A stretch of DNA of 64,000 bases from Lama glama. Lineage: Eukaryota. Below are positions 63,401 to 64,000 of the stretch, piece after piece. Each line of letters opens with the position of its first letter. The first letter of the stretch is position 1. Location of the stretch: NCBI GenBank assembly GCA_028534125.1, contig CM052831.1, positions 17,360,001 through 17,424,000 of the forward strand, in the 5' to 3' direction. The notes below the pieces were generated by a model that was not told the DNA's origin, ran no database searches, and saw only the letters and a program-made list of their open reading frames with translations. The translations under genes and the position numbers were made by a program.

Positions 63401-64000
63401 TGACTACCACCATCTAGAGACTGAGAATTCACAGGTGGAAGAAAGAAGGACGTCTTGTCCTCAAAGGGCAGAGTCTAATTAGGCTCTGAATCACACGTGA
63501 ACAATTCATGTGGATGTACCACACATTATAACTACTTAACACCATGCACTGGAATTAGGGTGAATGAATCACCTTCTCAAATCCTCCATCTGCCCATACC
63601 AAAAGCTGGACATTCTACTCCACTCAAAGTTCACGTTTTCACATGCTGATGTTGGAAAAATTAAGATATGTGATATTCCCACCATATATGAGAAATCCAT
63701 ATGTGGGTGTCAAATGCAAAAAATTACTGGGTCAGGGATATCATGTGAGAAAAATAAGCTCTTTGGCAAGAGACCCCCGGATGTGACATCTCCGACAATA
63801 ATCTACTCAGATTTTACTATACTGGTCACTGGCCTAAGCCCTCTCTTACCCACCCATCAACCCCTTCTTGGGTCGTTTAGTAACAGTCACCAGGAGCACG
63901 AGTTCTTAAATAAGAAATGTTTAAAAACACAACTTTTTAAAATTGAACAAGCCAACAATTTAGATCATAATAGAACTTGCCACCTTACTATGGAATATCT

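Larger units (their letters stand above)
1..64000 (-). other. Probable large intron of an unidentified minus-strand gene (camelid genome)
   Basis: No recognisable CDS. By eye, A-runs of about 8 nt or more number roughly 25-30 against fewer than 10 T-runs on +, the skew expected from minus-strand transcription. Camelid-type SINE and L1 ends are present. Inference only. Confidence 0.5.

Noticed and set aside
63678-63707. Small hairpin cccaccatat...atatgtggg
   Set aside because: A stem of about 9 bp with a bulge is too short for a pre-miRNA and is expected by chance.
1-64000. CRISPR array, prokaryotic defence system, or a named host gene
   Set aside because: No regularly spaced repeats or operon-like ORFs, and the sequence is clearly mammalian. 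No exon matched any protein I recognise, so no gene symbol is assigned.

Overview
Mammalian non-coding DNA, most likely camelid (alpaca/camel): three copies of a camelid-type tRNA-derived SINE and camelid-type L1 3' ends are present. No protein-coding gene, RNA gene, CRISPR array or prokaryote-style system can be supported. The six-frame ORFs are short (at most 170 aa), unrecognisable, and many overlap repeats. Long A-runs clearly outnumber long T-runs on the + strand, which suggests a large intron of a minus-strand gene that I cannot identify. The window is a mosaic of decayed interspersed repeats (MIR, L2, L1, MLT1/MaLR, MER5/20/33/58/63, one MER41-like solo LTR) and repeat-poor, homeobox-motif-rich blocks that look like conserved non-coding elements. 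The most notable structures are: (1) a multi-layer nested retro-insertion at 14.5-17.35 kb, where a TSD-flanked L1 3' end is split by about 2.3 kb of polyadenylated-looking DNA that carries older MIR and MER5A elements; (2) three N-runs inside unique, enhancer-like sequence; (3) a twin-priming inverted L1; (4) a diverged ~130 bp local duplication; (5) a few weak minus-strand exon or microexon candidates. Repeat names come from remembered consensus motifs, so subfamily calls and boundaries are approximate. I found no convincing novel biological system.
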